Below are positions 63,669 to 64,000 of a stretch of 64,000 bases of DNA, in pieces; position 1 is the stretch's first letter; every line of letters begins with the position of its first letter. The stretch lies in contig DATMJC010000040.1 of NCBI GenBank assembly GCA_035554435.1, positions 42,222-106,221 on the forward strand, in the 5' to 3' direction. This DNA comes from Burkholderiales bacterium. GTDB taxonomy: Bacteria > Pseudomonadota > Gammaproteobacteria > Burkholderiales > SG8-39. The notes under the pieces are model-generated. The model was not told the origin of the DNA, ran no database searches, and saw only the letters and a list, made by a program, of their open reading frames with translations. The translations under genes and the position numbers were made by a program.

Positions 63669-64000
63669 TCGAGCTGCGCCGCGCCGGCGAGCGCGGCCAC
63701 GCCAACCACGGCTGGCTCGACTCGTACCACAGCTTCTCCTTCGCCGACTACTACGACCCGCGGCACATGGGCTACAGCGCCCTGCGGGTGATCAACGAGG
63801 ATCGCGTCCAGCCCGGCTCGGGCTTCGGCACCCATGGCCACCGCGACATGGAGATCCTGAGCTATGTCCTGGAGGGCTCGCTCGGCCACAAGGATTCCAT
63901 GGGCAACGGCTCGACCATCGTCCCCGGGGACGTGCAGAGAATGAGCGCGGGCCGCGGCGTGCGGCACAGCGAGTTCAACAACGAAAAATCGGGCGTGACG
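63665..64000 (+). CDS. pirin family protein (N-terminal part; continues past the right edge)
   Basis: ATGA overlap with the thioredoxin stop. [40 protein letters not shown]. Confidence 0.9.
   Translation, partial: MIELRRAGERGHANHGWLDSYHSFSFADYYDPRHMGYSALRVINEDRVQPGSGFGTHGHRDMEILSYVLEGSLGHKDSMGNGSTIVPGDVQRMSAGRGVRHSEFNNEKSGVT

Overview
This is a GC-rich chromosomal segment with a strong G/C bias at codon position 3. I infer a Betaproteobacterium from gene content and order: a Bug/TctC binding protein, glyA-nrdR-ribD...ribE, divergent yjgA/pmbA, and a phasin. I resolve about 70 protein genes. I found no rRNA, tRNA, CRISPR array, IS element, integrase or prophage signature. Many long ORFs in the supplied track are mirror or alternate-frame artefacts of GC-rich coding DNA. 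Several others are composites that read through from a neighbouring frame. I split those using family-typical N-termini, GC3 and start/stop overlaps (ATGA/GTGA). Main blocks: (1) 1-13.8 kb holds a catabolic region: a Rieske oxygenase, an amidohydrolase-2, and a ten-gene translationally coupled minus-strand operon. That operon carries two tandem QueG/RdhA-like Fe-S proteins, a Liv-type ABC importer, a Bug/TctC protein, a MetE-like protein and an LLM oxygenase. It faces a TetR plus PaaK-like ligase pair. (2) 13.8-25 kb holds envelope and unknown-function pairs: LemA plus an M48/TerB peptidase, the PA2778/PA2779 pair, and a large FAD/Fe-S oxidoreductase coupled to a TSUP-ankyrin fusion. (3) Around 25.1-25.6 kb is a compact module: perfect sigma-54 promoter, 36-aa peptide, 108-aa membrane protein, terminator. 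(4) 25.7-29.5 kb appears to be an esterase / Ser-Thr kinase / thyA / GIY-YIG / YihY operon. (5) 35.6-47.5 kb is a form-II coxSLM-type molybdoenzyme cluster with coxD/E/G, xdhC and mocA maturation genes, an embedded malonyl-CoA decarboxylase, and a two-component system. (6) 48-64 kb is mostly housekeeping (glyA, nrdR, ribD, ribE, hrpA, gluQ, trx), interrupted by small accessory genes. It also contains an orphan minus-strand intrinsic terminator that may mark an sRNA. All functional calls rest on motif and family recognition by eye. No database search was run.
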